From contig MU053881.1 in NCBI GenBank assembly GCA_013239625.1, positions 11,646,873 to 11,667,903 on the forward strand: a stretch of 21,031 nucleotides of DNA, read 5' to 3'. The notes beneath the pieces are model-generated. The model saw only the letters and a list, made by a program, of their open reading frames with translations. It was not told the DNA's origin and made no database searches. The stretch comes from Lama guanicoe. Taxonomy: Eukaryota. The position numbers and the translations under genes were made by a program. Positions 20,721 through 21,031 of this stretch are shown piece after piece (positions within the stretch are counted from its first letter, which is position 1; each line of letters starts with the position of its first letter).

Positions 20721-21031
20721 TTTTTTTTTAACATTTTTAATTGATTTATAATCATTTTACAATGTTGTGTCAAATTTCAGTGTTCAGCACAATTTTTCAG
20801 TCATTCATGGACATATACACACTCATTGTCACATTTTTTTCTCTGTGATTTATCATAACATTTTGTGTATATTTCCCTGTGCTATACAGTGTAATCTTGT
20901 TTATCTATTCTACAATTTTGAAATCCCAGTCTATCCCTTCCCACCCTCTACCCCCCTGGTAACCACAAGTCTGTATTCTCTGTCCATGAGTCTATTTCTG
21001 TCCTGTATTTATGCTTTGTTTTTGTTTGTTT
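20721..21031 (-). mobile_element. Relatively young L1 3' end (camelid-like), running off the window end
   Basis: A poly(T) run, then 'aacatttttaattgatttataatcattttacaatgttgtgtcaaattt...tttccctgtgctatacagt...cccttcccaccctctacccccctggtaaccacaagtctgtattctctgtccatgagtct'. This is a reverse-strand cetartiodactyl-type L1 3'UTR, and the wording recalls camelid L1. Confidence 0.9.

Overview
This is AT-rich, CpG-depleted mammalian non-coding DNA (intronic or intergenic). I recognise no protein-coding gene, and none of the track ORFs resembles a known protein. Much of the window is old interspersed repeat: MIR SINEs, L2 and ancient L1 fragments, the DNA transposons MER33 and MER45A, an MLT1A-type MaLR LTR and an LTR33-like ERVL LTR. 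Two younger elements suggest a camelid genome (alpaca/llama/camel; inferred from remembered consensus sequences): a tRNA-Ala-derived SINE at ~13985-14716 and a well-preserved L1 3' end at 20721-21031. The clearest structural stories are: (i) a 651-bp ERV1-type solo LTR (14045-14695) nested in the tRNA-Ala SINE, with three U3 tandem repeats carrying PBX/MEIS-like motifs; (ii) a ~140-bp CpG-retaining LTR R-region-like insert flanked by a 15-18-bp target-site duplication (4482-4656), i.e. a probable L1-mobilised ERV transcript end; (iii) a chain of three overlapping inverted repeats at 6475-6530. Weaker leads are a box C/D-like RNA layout, candidate exons and two enhancer-like blocks. I found no convincing novel multi-gene system. 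All repeat family names come from by-eye comparison with remembered consensus sequences and need RepeatMasker/Dfam confirmation. Boundaries of old repeats are approximate.
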